DNA from: Squalus acanthias
Lineage: Eukaryota
Length of the DNA: 64,000 bases
Direction: 5' to 3'
Assembly: GCA_030390025.1 (NCBI GenBank)
Contig: CM059431.1
Coordinates: 148,616,001 to 148,680,000, forward strand
The first letter of the stretch is position 1, and the number at the start of each line of letters is the position of its first letter. Below are positions 1 through 12,668 of the stretch, piece after piece. Below the pieces are notes generated by a model. It worked only from the letters and a program-made list of their open reading frames with translations. It ran no database searches and had not been told where the DNA came from. A program made the position numbers and the translations under genes.

Positions 1-174
1 CCACATTTTGAGCACTTGTATTCAATCTCCCCCTAGAATTCGCTGCTCCACGGCGAAGATTCCCTGCTTCTCCAGTTTCTCCACATAACTGAAATCCCAC
101 ATCCCTGGTGTCATTAAAGATAAATTCTCTCCACACAAGCGCCCGACGATGACCACATCCAGCAAGAGATAATT

Positions 175-372
175 TATACTTGACAGTCATTGGCATTGCA
201 ATCACCAAACCCTCCACCATCAAAACCCGAGTGGTCGACATTGATCGGAAAATCAACTGGACCAGCCACATAAATGCCTTGGCTGCTACAGGCTGGATAT
301 TCTGCGGTGAGAAACTCACCTCCTGAATCCCTAAAGCATCTCCAACACCTAGAAGTCAATAGTGTTATGGGT
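175..372 (+). mobile_element. Degenerate fragment of CR1/L2-group LINE ORF2 (same family as 10038-11362)
   Basis: aactggaccagccacataaat...ggctgctaca and flanks align by eye with 10630-10850. Confidence 0.65.
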
Positions 373-404
373 TACTATCTGTAGACACCAAGTACATCAG
401 CATC

Positions 405-850
405 GTGTTTATGTTACTGGACCAGTAACCCAGAGACATGGAGTAATAAAGTATGAGACTTGAGTTCAATCCCACCTCGACAGCTGGGGAATTTAAAATC
501 AGTTAATTAAATACATTTGGAATTAAAATCTAGTATCAGTAATGCAGATCATGAAACTACAGGATTGTCAGGGAAAAAGCCAACTGGTTCGATAACATTC
601 TTTAAGGATGGAAACCTGCCATCCTTAGTTGGGCTGCACATATGCGGTAGAATCTTAATTGCACTCTGACACGGCCCTGCACTCTGAAATGGCCTAGCAA
701 GACACTCAGTTGTACAAAAGTCAGACACTGGGCAGTATCTTCACCACAAGGACTGCAGCGGTTCAAGGTATTATTAGAGCACCACCTCCTCAAGGACAAT
801 TAGTGATTGGCTGGAATTGCCAGCATTTCCAACATCCATGAATTAAACAT
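405..850 (+). mobile_element. tRNA-headed SINE, degenerate
   Basis: gttactggaccagtaac...gagttcaatccc (B-box-like), core ggaaacctgccatcctt...ctctgaaatggcctagcaag, 3' tail similar to LINE end at 11240-11350; reverse-complement sibling at 4925-5323. Confidence 0.7.
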
Positions 851-961
851 ATTAAAATTAATAGTCTGCAAAATAAGCAGCTTGAAAGGGGTCATATTCA
901 GGACCAGATTAGAATTTGTGAACGAACATTATTGGTCCAATAATCTGTAAGGACAGATATG

Positions 962-1028
962 GGGGCCTAGAATTTCCGATAAAAAAAAGCTGTTATGTGC
1001 CGTCGCCCGAGAAGGAATTTTTCGGCCC
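962..1028. mobile_element. Tiny TIR element remnant (Harbinger-type MITE-like ends)
   Basis: gggcctagaatttcc ... ggaatttttcggccc imperfect inverted termini; similar ends at 2801/4362, 29001, 29329, 30070, 40403-40499. Confidence 0.4.
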
Positions 1029-1049
1029 TTTTGCTTATGTCATTTTTTT

Positions 1050-2570
1050 CTCTTTGAAAAGCCTGTGTAACTGGTCCTTTATCATTTAAAAACCTGTGAC
1101 ATTGGTCTTGTCTGTTTAAAAAGCCTGAGTGACTGGCCATGTCTCTTTGAAAAGCCTGTGTGACTGATTATGTCTCTTTAAAAGCCTGTGTTACTCGTGT
1201 TGATTCTTTCAAAGCCTGTGTGACTGGTCATGTCTCTTTATAAAGCCTGTCTGACTAGTGCTGGTTCTTTAAAAATCTGTGTGACTGGTTCTGTCTGTTT
1301 AATAATTCTGTATGGCTGATTATGTCATTAAAAAATCTGTGTGACTGGTCCTGTGTCTTTCAAAAGTATAGTAAACAGAGAGTAGGATAGCGATAGAATT
1401 CAAGAGGAAATAGATAGGCTTGTGGAATGGGCGGGCAGGTGGCAGATTAAATTTAACGCAAAAAAAAGCGAAGTGATACATCTTGGTAGAAAGAATGAGG
1501 AGAGGAAATATAAACTAAAGCATACAATCCTAAAGGGGATGCATGAACAGAGAGACCGACGGATTATATGTGCACAAATCATTAAAGTTGGCCGGACTGT
1601 TTGAGAGAGCAGTTAAAAAAGCTTACAGGATCCTGTGCTTCATGAATAGAGGTATAGAGTACAAAAGCGTGGAAATTATGATGAACCAGTATAAAACACT
1701 GGTTTGGCCTCAACTGGCTTATTGTGTTCAATTCTTTGCACCGCACTTCAGGATGGATGTGAAGACCTTTGCGAGGGTGCAGCAAATATTTACGAGAATG
1801 ATTCCAGGGATGGGGGACTTCAGGTACGTAGTTAGATTGGAGAAGCTGGCGTTGTTCTCCTTGGAGCAGAAAAGTTTGAGAGGAGATTTGATAGCGGTGT
1901 TCAAATCACAATGGGTCTGGACAGAACAGATAGAGATAAACTGTTCCCATTGGCAAATGGTCGAGGACCAGAGGACACAGATTTAAGGTGATTGGCAAAA
2001 GAACCAAAGGAGACATCAGAAAAAAAAAACTTTTTACGCAAGGAGTGATTAGGATCTGGAATTCACTGCCTAAAATGCTGGTGAAGCCGGGCTTAATCAA
2101 TGGTTTCAAAAGGGAGTTAGATAAGTACCTGAATGAAAATAATGCAGAGGGAAACAGCGGGGGAGTGGGACTAGCTGACGTGCTCTTGCAGAGAGCCGAC
2201 GTGGGCTCGACGGTCCGAATTTTCTTCATCCCTGCTGTAACCATTCTATGATTCTATGAAAGCCTGTGTCACCGGTTCTTTTTCTTTAAATACCATGTGT
2301 GATTCGACTTTTCTGTTAAAATTATTGAGAGACAGGTCCAGTCTCTTTTAAAAGCATGTGTGACTGCTCCTCTCTCTTTAAAAAGGCTGTGTGACTGGTC
2401 CTGTCTCCTTAAAGCGCCCGTGTGACTGGACCTGTCTCTTAACACAGCCTGTGTGAAGTGTTCTGTCCATTAAAAAGCCTGTGTCGCTGGTGCTCTCTCT
2501 TTAAAAAGCCTGACTGGTCTTGTCTCTTTAGAAAACCTGTTTTAATGGTAGTCTCTTTAAAAAGCCATTA
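1050..2570. repeat. ~30-bp tandem repeat (aaaagcctgtgtgactggtcctgtctcttt), split by a CR1 insertion
   Basis: aaagcctgtg at 1151, 1181, 1211, 1242; array resumes at ~2258 and runs to ~2570. Confidence 0.9.
1368..2258 (+). mobile_element. 5'-truncated CR1 LINE (RT C-terminus and 3' UTR)
   Basis: ORF pieces WAGRWQIKFNAKK, YKTLVWPQLAYCVQF, FTQGVIRIWNSLP; tail ccattctatgattctatga. Confidence 0.92.
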
Positions 2571-2854
2571 TGAATGTTTCTGTGACACTGGCTGTGACTC
2601 CTCCCTCTTGTTTAGATGTCCATTGAATGTTAAGAAGATCCGGAATGGATTTTTTTTTTTTAAAGTGAACCATGCGGTTTGGGACCACAGGGGTGCTGAT
2701 GTTGCAGGATTACTGAGACTAGTTCTTGGACAAAAAAGTGGCTTCAAAGAGTTACGGAGAAACCTCTGCTGGAATATTGGTGTTAAGAATTGAAGACCTT
2801 GGCCTAGAAATCCTTAATTGACTGCGGTGGAACTCAATATCAGAAGCTGCGTGT

Positions 2855-4296
2855 AACGAAGGTAACAGATGTAACCCCACTATTTAAGAAAGGAGTGAGA
2901 GAGAAAACGGGAACTACTGACCAGTTAGCCTAACATCAGTATTAGGGAAATGCTTGAATCTATTATTAAGGACTTCATAACAGGGCACTTTGAATATTAT
3001 AATAGAATTGGCTAGCGTAAAAACGGATTTATAAAAGAGAAATTGTGTTTGACAGATCTTGAGATTGTAACTAGCGGTATAGATAAGGGGACCATGGATG
3101 CGGTGTATTTGGATTTTCAGAAGGCATTCGATAAAGTGCCAAACAAAATATTATTGAACAAATTAATTCTGATTGGATTGGGGATAATATACTAGCCTGG
3201 ATGCAGGATTGGTTAACGGACAGAAATCAAATTGTAAGAATAAACGGGTCAATGTCCTGTTGCCAGGCTGTAATTATTGGGGAACCGCAAGGATTAGTGC
3301 TTGGCCTCAGCTATTAATAATCTGCGTCAATGATTTGGATAAGGGGACTAAATGTATTATATCCATGTTTGCTGGTAATTCAAAGCTGTGCGGGAATGTA
3401 AGTTGTGAGGAGGATGCAAAAAGGCTTCAAGGGGATATATATAGGCTAAGTGATTGGACAAGAACATGGCAAATAGAATACAACGTGGAGAAATATGATG
3501 TTATCCACTTCGGTAGGAAAAATTGAAATGCAGAGCATTTTTGAAATGGTGAGAGATTGGGAAATGTTGCTGTTCAGAGGGACCTGGGTGTCCTTGTAAA
3601 CGAATCACTGAAAGTTAACATGAAGGTACAGCAACCATTTAGGAAAGCAAACGGTATGTTGCCTTTATAACAAGAGGATTCCTGTATAAGAGTAAAGACG
3701 TCATACGGCAATTATATAGAGCCCTGGTGAGACCATACCTGGAATGTTGTGTGCAGTTTTGGTCTTCTTAACTAATGAAGGATATACTTGTCATTGATGG
3801 AGTTCAAAGAAGGTTCACCAGACAGGTTCCTGGGATTGGGGATTGACCTATGAGGAGTGATTGAGTAAACTACGCCTATATTCTCTAGAGTTTAGAAGAA
3901 TGACAGGTGATCTCATTGAAACATGCACATTTCATAAAGGGTTTGGCAGGGTAGATGCACAGAGTATGTTTCCCCTGGCTGGAAAATCTAGACCCAGGTG
4001 TCACAGTCTCAGAATATGTGTTCGTCCAATTAGAATTTAGATGAGGAGACATTTATTCACTCAGAGGATGGTGAATTTTGGAATTCACTATCCCAGAGGG
4101 CTGTGGAGGATCAGACGTTGAGTATATTCAAGACAGAGTTCGATAGATTTTTGAATATTAAGGCAATCAAGGGATATGGAGATAGTGTACGAAAGTGGAG
4201 ATGAGGTACAAGATCAGCCATGATCAAATTGAATGGCGGAGCAGGGTCGAAGGGCCAAATGTTCTCCTGCTGCTCCTAAAACTTATGTTCTTATGA
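2855..4296 (+). mobile_element. 5'-truncated degenerate CR1 LINE (cttatgtt-tail subfamily)
   Basis: RT remnants (NDLDKGTKCIISMFAGNSKL, WQIEYNVEK); 3' UTR gatcagccatgatc...cttatgttcttatg. Confidence 0.9.
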
Positions 4297-4544
4297 TCCA
4301 ATACCGCCCGTTTAGCGGCAGCACAAATTTAGCGCAGCCGCCAGAGACGAATTTCTCGGCCCTTGTCTTCCGAATTCGGCACATATCAAATGTCACAGCG
4401 TGTTGACGAATTGGGCTTAGAATTTGCCTCTCAAAGTGTCAGCTTGAACCCATTCAGTGTCATTTGTTATCTTTCGTGACAGATGCTTCAGTGGTGCGGA
4501 GATATAACGTTATATCTAAAATTAATAACAATAACATTCTTTCT

Positions 4545-4680
4545 GATCCAAAATTCTGCTGTCCTTTTCATAAGTCGCACCAAGTCCCGTTCACCCAGCA
4601 CCCCTGTGCTCGCTGACTTAAATTGTCTCACGGATCGGCAATGCCTCTATTTTAAGATTTTCATCCTCGTGTTCAGCCCC
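4545..4680 (+). mobile_element. L2-type LINE ORF2 C-terminal fragment
   Basis: LIQNSAV...RTKSRSPSTPVLADLNCL...FKI resembles the L2 QNSAAR...HITPVL..LHWL...FKI motif. Confidence 0.6.
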
Positions 4681-4924
4681 AAATCATTGCCAAGGGTCCA
4701 GTAAAGGACTTGTATCCCTAAAATGCCAAACGATACATTGTTTCTGTTTAGTATTTTACCGTAAGTACCTTTCACCCGCAGGGCTGCAGCTGGATTCCTA
4801 CAAATGGCATTCGAGGGAGGAGGCACAGGCGAGGGGGTAGAATTCGGTCAGACTGTAGTTCAAAAGACCATCACCTCCAATTACTCCCTTCAACTCACAC
4901 AGCATCCAGAAATGGACTTAAACA

Positions 4925-5323
4925 GATCATTCTTGGGATGTGGGCGTCGCTGGCAAGGCCAGCATTTAATTCACTTCACTAACTGACATTGATAAGGTTA
5001 TGATGAGCCAGCGTATACAACTGAGAGGCTTGCTAGGGCATTTCAGAGGAGCAGTTAATACTCAAGCACTTTGCTGTGGGTCTGGAGTCACATTTCGTCC
5101 AGAATGAATAAGGACAGCAGGTTTTCTTCCCTAAATACCATTAGTGAACCAGATTGGTTTTATGACACTCTGGTAGTGTCATGCTCACCATTATCGACAA
5201 TCGCTTTTTCTTCCTGAATTGTTTAATTAATTTAATTTAAATTCCCCAGCTGGTGGACCTTGGATCATTCGTCCAGGTATCTGGTTTACTAGTCCAGCAA
5301 CATAACTACTATGCTACCGTACC
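4925..5323 (-). mobile_element. Near full-length tRNA-headed SINE
   Basis: Minus strand starts gggtacggtagcatagtagttatgttgctggactagt (A-box-like), has core ggttcactaatgg...agggaagaaaacctgc, ends aatgctggccttgccagcgacgcccacatcccaagaa. Confidence 0.8.
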
Positions 5324-5324
5324 C

Positions 5325-5520
5325 TTCAAACATATCGCCATTCCTTCATCGTCACTGGATCAAAAGCATAAAATTCCTTCCGTAACCGTTTTGTGGGGGC
5401 ACCTTCACTATACGGACTGCAGCGGTTCAAGATGAAAGTCCACCATTTTCTCATGGGTATCTAGTAATGGGCAAGTAATACCTGCCTTGAAAGCTTTACA
5501 ATATCCTGAGAATAAATTAA
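5325..5520 (+). mobile_element. 3' fragment of CR1/L2-group LINE
   Basis: atatcgccattccttcatcgtcactgg...ggactgcagcggttcaag matches 11160-11300. Confidence 0.7.
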
Positions 5521-5634
5521 AACAAATAATAAAATGGGAATGAGGCCTGTGATCAGAGCGGGGCGTCAACACAACTTGGTTCACCAATTCTATGATTCTC
5601 TGATTGCCACTGCCCATACTTTCCCAATTTCGCT

Positions 5635-6420
5635 ATCCTTTCAAAAGGTGTTTGATTAAGTATCACATGAAAACAAAATTGAAGTCCAAGTGATTAAAGT
5701 GGCAGTGGCAACCTGGCTCGGATTTTGGCTAAGTGACAGAATGCAGAGAGTAGTGGTAAACGGTTGTTTTTCAGACTGGATGGAAGTATACAGTGTTGTT
5801 CACCAGGGGTCCTTGTTGGGGGCATTGCTCTTTTCATGTACGTGAATGCCACAGACGTGGGTATTCAACGCATAATTTAAAAGCTTGCTGATGTCAGCAA
5901 TGTCAGCAATGTTAATAAACAATCAGAAGTGTAGCAACATTCTTGAAGAGGACACAGACAGACTGGTGTGCTGGGCAGATGCATGGCAGATCCAATTTAA
6001 CACAGAGAAGGGTGAAGTGATACAGTTTGGTAGGAGATATGAGCAAGGCAATTTAAACTAAATGGTACAATTTTATAGCGCATGTACGATCAGTGTGACC
6101 TGGGCTGTACTTACACAAATCTGTGAAGGTGGCAGGACAAGATACAACGGCAATTAAAAGAACATACTGAGTCCTTGGGTTTACAAACAGAGACACAATG
6201 TAACAAAATCCAGGATGAAATGCTAATATTTTATAAATCACTGGTTAAGCCCCAGCTGGAGCATTGTGGCCAATTCTGTGCGCCACACTTTGGGAAGCAT
6301 GTCAATGATTAGAGAAGGTGTAGGGATTTACAAGAAATTTTCCAGCGATCTGGGACGTCAGTTACGTGGAGAGACTGGCGAAGCAGGGATTGTTCATTTT
6401 AGAGCAGGGAAGGTTAAGAA
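5635..6420 (+). mobile_element. Old degenerate CR1 ORF2 fragment
   Basis: Nucleotide similarity to other CR1 copies (gagagtagtggtaaacggttgtttttcagactgg; tggcagatccaatttaac; cagctggagcattgtggccaattctg). Confidence 0.75.
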
Positions 6421-6432
6421 ACAGAAAGATGG

Positions 6433-7735
6433 AATCATAGAAATTTTCGGCACAGAAGTAGGCCATTCGGCTCATCGTGTGTGCGTCGATTGAAACAGCT
6501 ATCCAGCCTAATCCAACTTTGCAGCTCCGCCATCTGGGTGAAAAAAAATCTCCTCATCTCCCCACTAATCCATCTACCAATTACATTTAACACTATGCCT
6601 GCTGATTATTGACCGCTCTGCTCAGAGAAATTGATGCTGTCTATCCACTCTATCGATGCCGCTCATAAATTTATACTTCTTCATTAAATCTCCGCTCAGC
6701 CTCCTCTGTACCAAAGTAACAGCCCCAGCCTATCCAATATTTCCTCATCGCTAAAATTCTCCAGTCCTGGCAACATCCTCGTGATTCTCCTCTGTAAACT
6801 ATCGAGTGAAGTCACATCTTTCCTGTAATGTGGTGACCAGAAATGTATGCAGTATTCTTAGCTTTGAACTAACGTGTTTTATACAGTTCCAGCATAACTT
6901 CCCTGCTCTTATGTTCTATGCCTCGGCAAATAAAGCAAATAATCCCATATGCCTTCTTAACCTCCCCATCTACATGTCCTTCTACTTTTAGGGATCTGCG
7001 GACATGCACTCCAAGTTCCCTCTGTTCCTCTGCACTTCTCATTAACCTAGCATTTATTGTGTAATCCCTTGCCTTGTTAACCCTTCCCAAATGCATCACC
7101 TCACACTTCTCTGGATTGAATTCCATTTGCCACTTTTATGCCCATCTGACCAATCCATTGATATCTTTCTGCAGTTTACAACTATCTTCCTCACTATCAA
7201 TCACACGGCCAATTTTTGTATCATCTACAAACTTCTTAATCAAGGCCTCAGCATTGAAATATTGATCATTCGTATATACAACAAAAGGCAGGGGACCTAC
7301 AACGGAGCTCTGCGGATTCGCAGTGGAAACAGTCTTCCAGTCACAAAATCACCTTGGCAATATTTTTCATGCCCTTTCTTTGCCTTCCTAATTTCATTTT
7401 TAATTTCACCCCTGCACTTTCTACACTCCTCTGGGCTGTCTGTAGTATTGAGCACCCGGTATCTGTCATTTGCTTCCCTTTTTCTTCTTATCTGTATTTT
7501 CCTTGACATCCAGGGGACTCTAGAATTGGATTTTCATCCTAATTCTTTGTGGAAACATATTTGCTCCGAACCCTCACTACCACCTTCTTGAATGCTTCAC
7601 ACTGCTGCCACTGATTTCCCTTAAAGTAACTGTTTCCAATCCACTTTTGCTGAATTACATCGCAGCTTAGTAAAATTAGCCTTTGTGCAATTGAGAACTT
7701 TTACACATGTTCTATCTTTGTCCTTTAACATAATG
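6433..7735 (-). mobile_element. CR1 LINE fragments (3' end to RT, plus an internal ORF2 piece at ~7350-7735)
   Basis: MEFNPEKCEVMHLGR...ELGVHVRRSLKV; CRKCRGEIKNEIRKAKKGHEK; tail at 6433. Confidence 0.85.
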
Positions 7736-8107
7736 GGAGATTTAGTAATGATGATAAAAATCATGATGGGTTTTGATCGAGAGCATAAGTCGAAACTGTT
7801 TCCAGTGGCAAAATGATGGGAAACCAGCGTTCACAGATTTAGGGTAATTTGCAAAAAAAAACAGAGAAGATATGAGGGGAGTTTTCTTTATGCAGTGAGT
7901 TGTTGTGATCTGGAAGGAATAGTCTGAGAACGTGATGCAAGCAAATTATATAGTTTCGACAGGGAATTCGATTCTTAGTTGAAGGGTGCATTTTTACTGG
8001 GCTCTGGCTAAAGATTAGGCTAATTAGACAGCTCTTTCAAAGGGACGGCAAGAATACGATGGGTCGAATGGCCTCATTCTGTGCTGCAGCATTTTATGAT
8101 TCTATGA
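7735..8107 (+). mobile_element. CR1 3' fragment
   Basis: 3' UTR gggtcgaatggcctcattctgtgctg...atgattctatga. Confidence 0.8.
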
Positions 8108-8299
8108 GCACGAAACAAAAGAGAGACAGAGAGAGGAGGGAGAGAGATAAAGAGCAATAGAGAAATAAAAATAACGACTGAAAAACTGGGAGATTTACAG
8201 AGGAAAATAAATTACCTTCAAAAGGGGAATTGGATAAATACTTGAAGGGGAACAATGTTCAGTACTATGGGAAAAGAGCACGGGAATTGGACTAATTTG

Positions 8300-8590
8300 G
8301 AGGGATGAGGCCATGGTGGGATATGAACACAAGGAGGAGACTATTAAGCTCGAGGTGTTGCAAGATCGGGTGCATATCTAGGTCAGCGAACACATGACTG
8401 ATGCGTTAACGGGACATGATGCGTGTTAGGATATGGACAGCAGAGTTTTGGATGAGCTCTAGTTTATGGAGGCTTGTAACTGGGAGGCCGGCCAGGAAAG
8501 CATTGGAATAGTCGGTTCTGGATTTAACAAATGGGGTTAATGCAGCAGAATGGTTGAGACGGGGCGGAGACGGGTGAAATTGTGGAGGTG
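8300..8590 (-). mobile_element. L2-type LINE fragment
   Basis: cagcagagttttggatgagctct...ggccaggaaagcattggaatagtcg is the reverse complement of an RLxYSNALLAGL...LELIQNSAA-like region. Confidence 0.6.
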
Positions 8591-8819
8591 GTGAGTCAGA
8601 GGATTACAGATCTAATTGCTGGATATCGAGACTTAACAGGGCAAAGATGAGAGAGTAAATTACAAGAGCATTAATGCAGTTAGCAAATGTTTGCAGAGTT
8701 AAGAGTTGGATACAGAGACTTACCGGGAACAACAAAAACAACAAGGAGGGGAGAGTAAATGACAAGAACAGTAATGCAGTTAAACATGGTTAATAGAATA
8801 GCTGGAGAGACAGACTTAC

Positions 8820-9000
8820 CAGGAACACCAACAGCAGCAAGGAGCGGGTAGTAAAAGTATTGAACAATCTTTAGTGCGAAATAGAACCGGGAACTAAATG
8901 ATAATCTATCATAAGATGCAGAAAGATAGATAATATCCCAGCTGAAACTCTTGCCCATTGTTGTAACATTCCAATCTACTGTTCTCAGATTCTGATCCAT
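8820..9000 (-). CDS. First coding exon (N-terminus to TM1) of a GPR139/GPR142-like class A GPCR; exon 2 not found in window
   Basis: MDQNLRTVDWNVTTMGKSFSWD...KIVQYFYYPLLAAVGVP+G, then gtaagt donor at 8819 (phase 1); N-glycosylation sequon NVT; phase fits a TG-AAC (V-N) exon 2 like that at 32628; further in-frame ATG at 9114. Confidence 0.75.
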
Positions 9001-9169
9001 TGCTTTAACATTCCAATCTATTGTTCTTAGATTCCGACTCCCTCTCTGTGGAGCAGCGCGCTGATCCCTGTTAGTGCCGGTGGTAATGCTCTCACTGACA
9101 CTATGTGATAACATATTGAATTGAATCCCTTATTAATAGAAGAAGGAAACACTGCATTGATGCAATTAG

Positions 9170-9275
9170 TGTCCATGGAGACTGACATTTATTACATTCA
9201 CTGAAAGGACAGCTTCAGTTAACCCATGGAGACTGACATTAAATCCAGTCAGTGAGCAAACAGCTTCAGTTAGCC
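9170..9275. repeat. 50-bp tandem duplication upstream of GPCR exon 1
   Basis: ccatggagactgacatt at 9174 and 9224, each followed by acagcttcagtta. Confidence 0.8.
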
Positions 9276-9334
9276 CCTTTCAATCACGCACGCTTTGTAC
9301 CACAGTAAAGGAGAACATTTCTGCAGTCCGATTG

Positions 9335-12172
9335 GGATGTATGAGGGTTGCTGAGGGAAGGAATGATGGAAATAGCGCAAAATTTTTCCAGAATCCTTCA
9401 ATCCTCCTTGAATATGGGACTGGTGCCAGAGAATTGTAGGGTTGCAGGTGTTACATCCTGTTTAAAAAAGGAGAGAATGATAAATCCAATAACTACAGGC
9501 GAGTCAGCCTAGCGAATGTTGTGGGGAAACCTCTGGAGGCCATATTCCCGGAAAAAATATCTGTCACTAGGAAAAAACATGGATTAATAAGTGACAACCA
9601 GCACAGATATGTTAACGGCAAAATGCGTCTGACAATCTTGATTGACTTGTTTGATGAATTAACGAAGTGGGTTGATGAGCGTTGTGCGGTTCATGTTGTG
9701 CATGTGGACTTTAAAACAGGCATTTGATAAAGTGCCATTCAATAAACATGTTAGAATCAAAGGAACAATGTCAGCGGGGATCTGAGATTCTCTAATGTAC
9801 AGAAAACAGAGAGTAGTGGTGACTTTTTGTTTTTCAGACTGGAGGGAAATATACAATGGTGTCCCCCAGGGTTCGCTATTAGGACCACAGTTTTTTTTGA
9901 TAGATATTAATGATATAGACCTATATATATATATGAAGAGCATAATTTCAAGTTTGCTGATGACCTGAAACTCGGAAATATAGTAAACACTGAGAGGGAT
10001 AGTAGTTGGCTTCAGTAGGACATAGACTGGTAAAATGATAAAAGTGATAAAAGGTGTCGTCGACAGTGCTATTGAGTGGCATTTACTCAACAATAACTTG
10101 CTCAACGACGCTCAGTTTGAGTTCCAACCGGACCACTCAGCTACTGATCTCATTACCGCCTTGGTCCAAACATGGACAAAGGAGCTGAATTCCAGAGGTG
10201 AGGTAAGAATGGCTGCCCTTGAATTCAAGGCAGCATTTGACTGAGAGTGACATCAAAGGGACCTCGTAAAATTGAAGTCAATGGGAATCAGGGGGGTTGC
10301 TCTCCACTGGCACGAGTCATACCTAGCACAAAGGTTGTTGCAGGCCAATCATCACAGCCACAGAGCAACGCAGCATGTGTTCCTCAGGGCAGTGTCCGAG
10401 ACCCAACCACCTTCAGCTGCTCCATCAATAACCTTCCCTCCATCATAAGGTCAGAACTCGGGATGTTCGCTTACGATTCCAGTGTTCACTTCAATACGCA
10501 ACTCATCAGATAAAGAAGCAGTCCGTGCCCGCATGCAGCAAGAACTGGACGACTTTCAGGCTTGGGCTAATAAGTGGCAAGTAACACTCGCACCACACAA
10601 GTGCCAGTCAATGATGATCTGCAACAAGAGCCACCTCCCCTTGACATTCAATTCAATTACCATCGCCAAATCCCCCACCATCAATATCCTGAGAATCATC
10701 ATTCAACAGAAACTTAACGGGACCAGCCACATAAAAACTGTGGCTACAAGAGTGGGTCAGAACTAGATATTATGACGTGACTGTCTCACCTGCTGTCAAC
10801 CCATAGCCTTTCCACCATCTACAAGGCACAAGTCAGGAGTGTGATGGAATACTCTCAATTTGTCTGGATGAGTGAAGGTCCAAAAACTCTCAAGAAGCTC
10901 GACATCATCCAGGACTAAGCACCAGCTTTGATTGGAACCTCATGCACCACCTTAAATATTCACTCCCTACACCACTGGCGTACCGTGGCTGCAGTGTGTA
11001 CCAGCTACAAGACGCACGGCAGCAACTCGCCAAGGCTTCTTCAAAAGCGCCTACCAAATCCGCGAAGTCTACTACCTAGAAGGGCAAGGGCAGCAGGCGC
11101 ATGGAAACATCACCACCTGCAAGTTTCCTTCCAAGTCACACACCTTCCTGCCTTGGAAATATATCGCCGTTCCTTCATCGTCGCTGGGTGAAAAACCTGC
11201 AACTCTCTCCGTAACAGCCCTGTGGGAGAATCTTCGCCTCACGGACTGCAGAATTTCAAGAAATTGTCTCAACTCCACCTTCTCAAGGGCAATTAGAGAT
11301 GGACAATAATTGCTGGCCGTGCCAGCAAAGGCCACATCCCAGGAATTAATGAAAATGAAAAAAGACAGGTGAAATTTAATTAAGAGAGGTGTGAAGGATA
11401 AATCTTGGAGGAAAATGTGTAGCGGCAATACAAACGAAATTGTACAATTTTAAAGGGGGTGCAGGAAAAGGACACCTGGGAGTTTACGTACACAAGCCTT
11501 TGAAGATGGCAGGACAAGTTGACAAGATTGTTAAAAAAACGCATGGAAACCTTAGATTGATCAATAGAGGCAGGGAACAGGAGCAAGGAATTTATGCTGA
11601 GCCTTCATAAATCTCTGGTTAGGCCCCGGCTGGAGTGTTGTGTCCAATTCTTGGCAGCTTTAGGAAGGATGTCAAGGTCCTGGAGTGGGCACACAACAGA
11701 TTTAGTGGAACGTTTTCAAGGATGAGGGACTTAACTTATGCGGAGAGACAAGAGAAGCTGGAATTGTTCTCCAGCGATCCCGCAATATAAAAGGGAGATA
11801 TACTGATGATGTTCAAAATTATGACGGGTTTGATAGAGTAAATAAGGAGGAAATATTTCTACTGGCAGAAGGGCCGGTAACCAGAAGACACAGATATATG
11901 ATAATTGGGAAAATAATCACAGTGATGATGAGGAGAATTTGATCGACGCAGCGAGTTGTTATGATCGGGAATGCACTGCCTGAAAAGGTGATAGAAGCAG
12001 ATTGAACAATAACTTTCAAAAGGGAACGGGATCAATACTGGAAGTGAGGGACTTGCAGGACTATGGGGAAAGAACAGGGGAGGGGAACTAATTGAATAGC
12101 TCTTTCAAAGAGCCGGCACAGGCTCGATGGACTGAATGGCCTGCTTCTGTGCTGTATGATTCTGTGATTCTC
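9335..12172 (+). mobile_element. Degenerate CR1 LINE interrupted by nested LINE at 10038-11362
   Basis: RT remnants (HGLISDNQHRYVNGK, ccccagggttcgctattagg, tttgctgatgac) up to ~10037; resumes gacaggtgaaatttaat at ~11363; tail gctgtatgattctgtgattct. Confidence 0.85.
10038..11362 (+). mobile_element. 5'-truncated CR1/L2-group LINE (distinct family) nested in CR1
   Basis: AQFEFQPDHSATDL...AALEFKAAFD; VPQGSV; MFAYDS; WANKWQVTLAPHKCQ; 3' end aagggcaattagagatggac...ccacatcccaggaattaatgaaaa. Confidence 0.85.
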
Positions 12173-12374
12173 TGATAACAGAAGGCATTGAATCCTTGTC
12201 TCATGTTTAGAATCGACGTCCTGCAGTTTTTGAGCCGGATTGTAATCGTTTCTTGTACTTTGATAAAGTCGACAGCGGAAAAGTATACACAATGTGCTGG
12301 TGAGACAAGAAGTGCTAACAAATATTATCATAGTGTTTAAAAAACAGAAATTATGACATATTTACGAGACCGAA

Positions 12375-12668
12375 AATAGGGGCGATGAATATAAGATAGT
12401 CACCAAAAAATTGAATAAAGAATTCAGGAGAAACCTCTTTACCCAGAGAGATATGAGAATGTAGAACTCGATACAACAGAGATTGGATGAGGTGAATGGC
12501 ATTGATCCAATTAAGGGGAAGCGTGATAAACACATGAAAGAGAAAGTAATAGAAGGTAATCCTGATAGTGTAAGATGAAGAGGTTTGGGAGGAGGTTCGT
12601 GTGGATCATAAACACCGGCATGGAGCTGTTGGGCTGAATGGCCTGTTTATGTGCTGTACATTCTAGGT
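12375..12668 (+). mobile_element. CR1 3' fragment
   Basis: gaattcaggagaaacctctttacccagaga; gggctgaatggcctgtttatgtgctgtacattcta. Confidence 0.75.
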
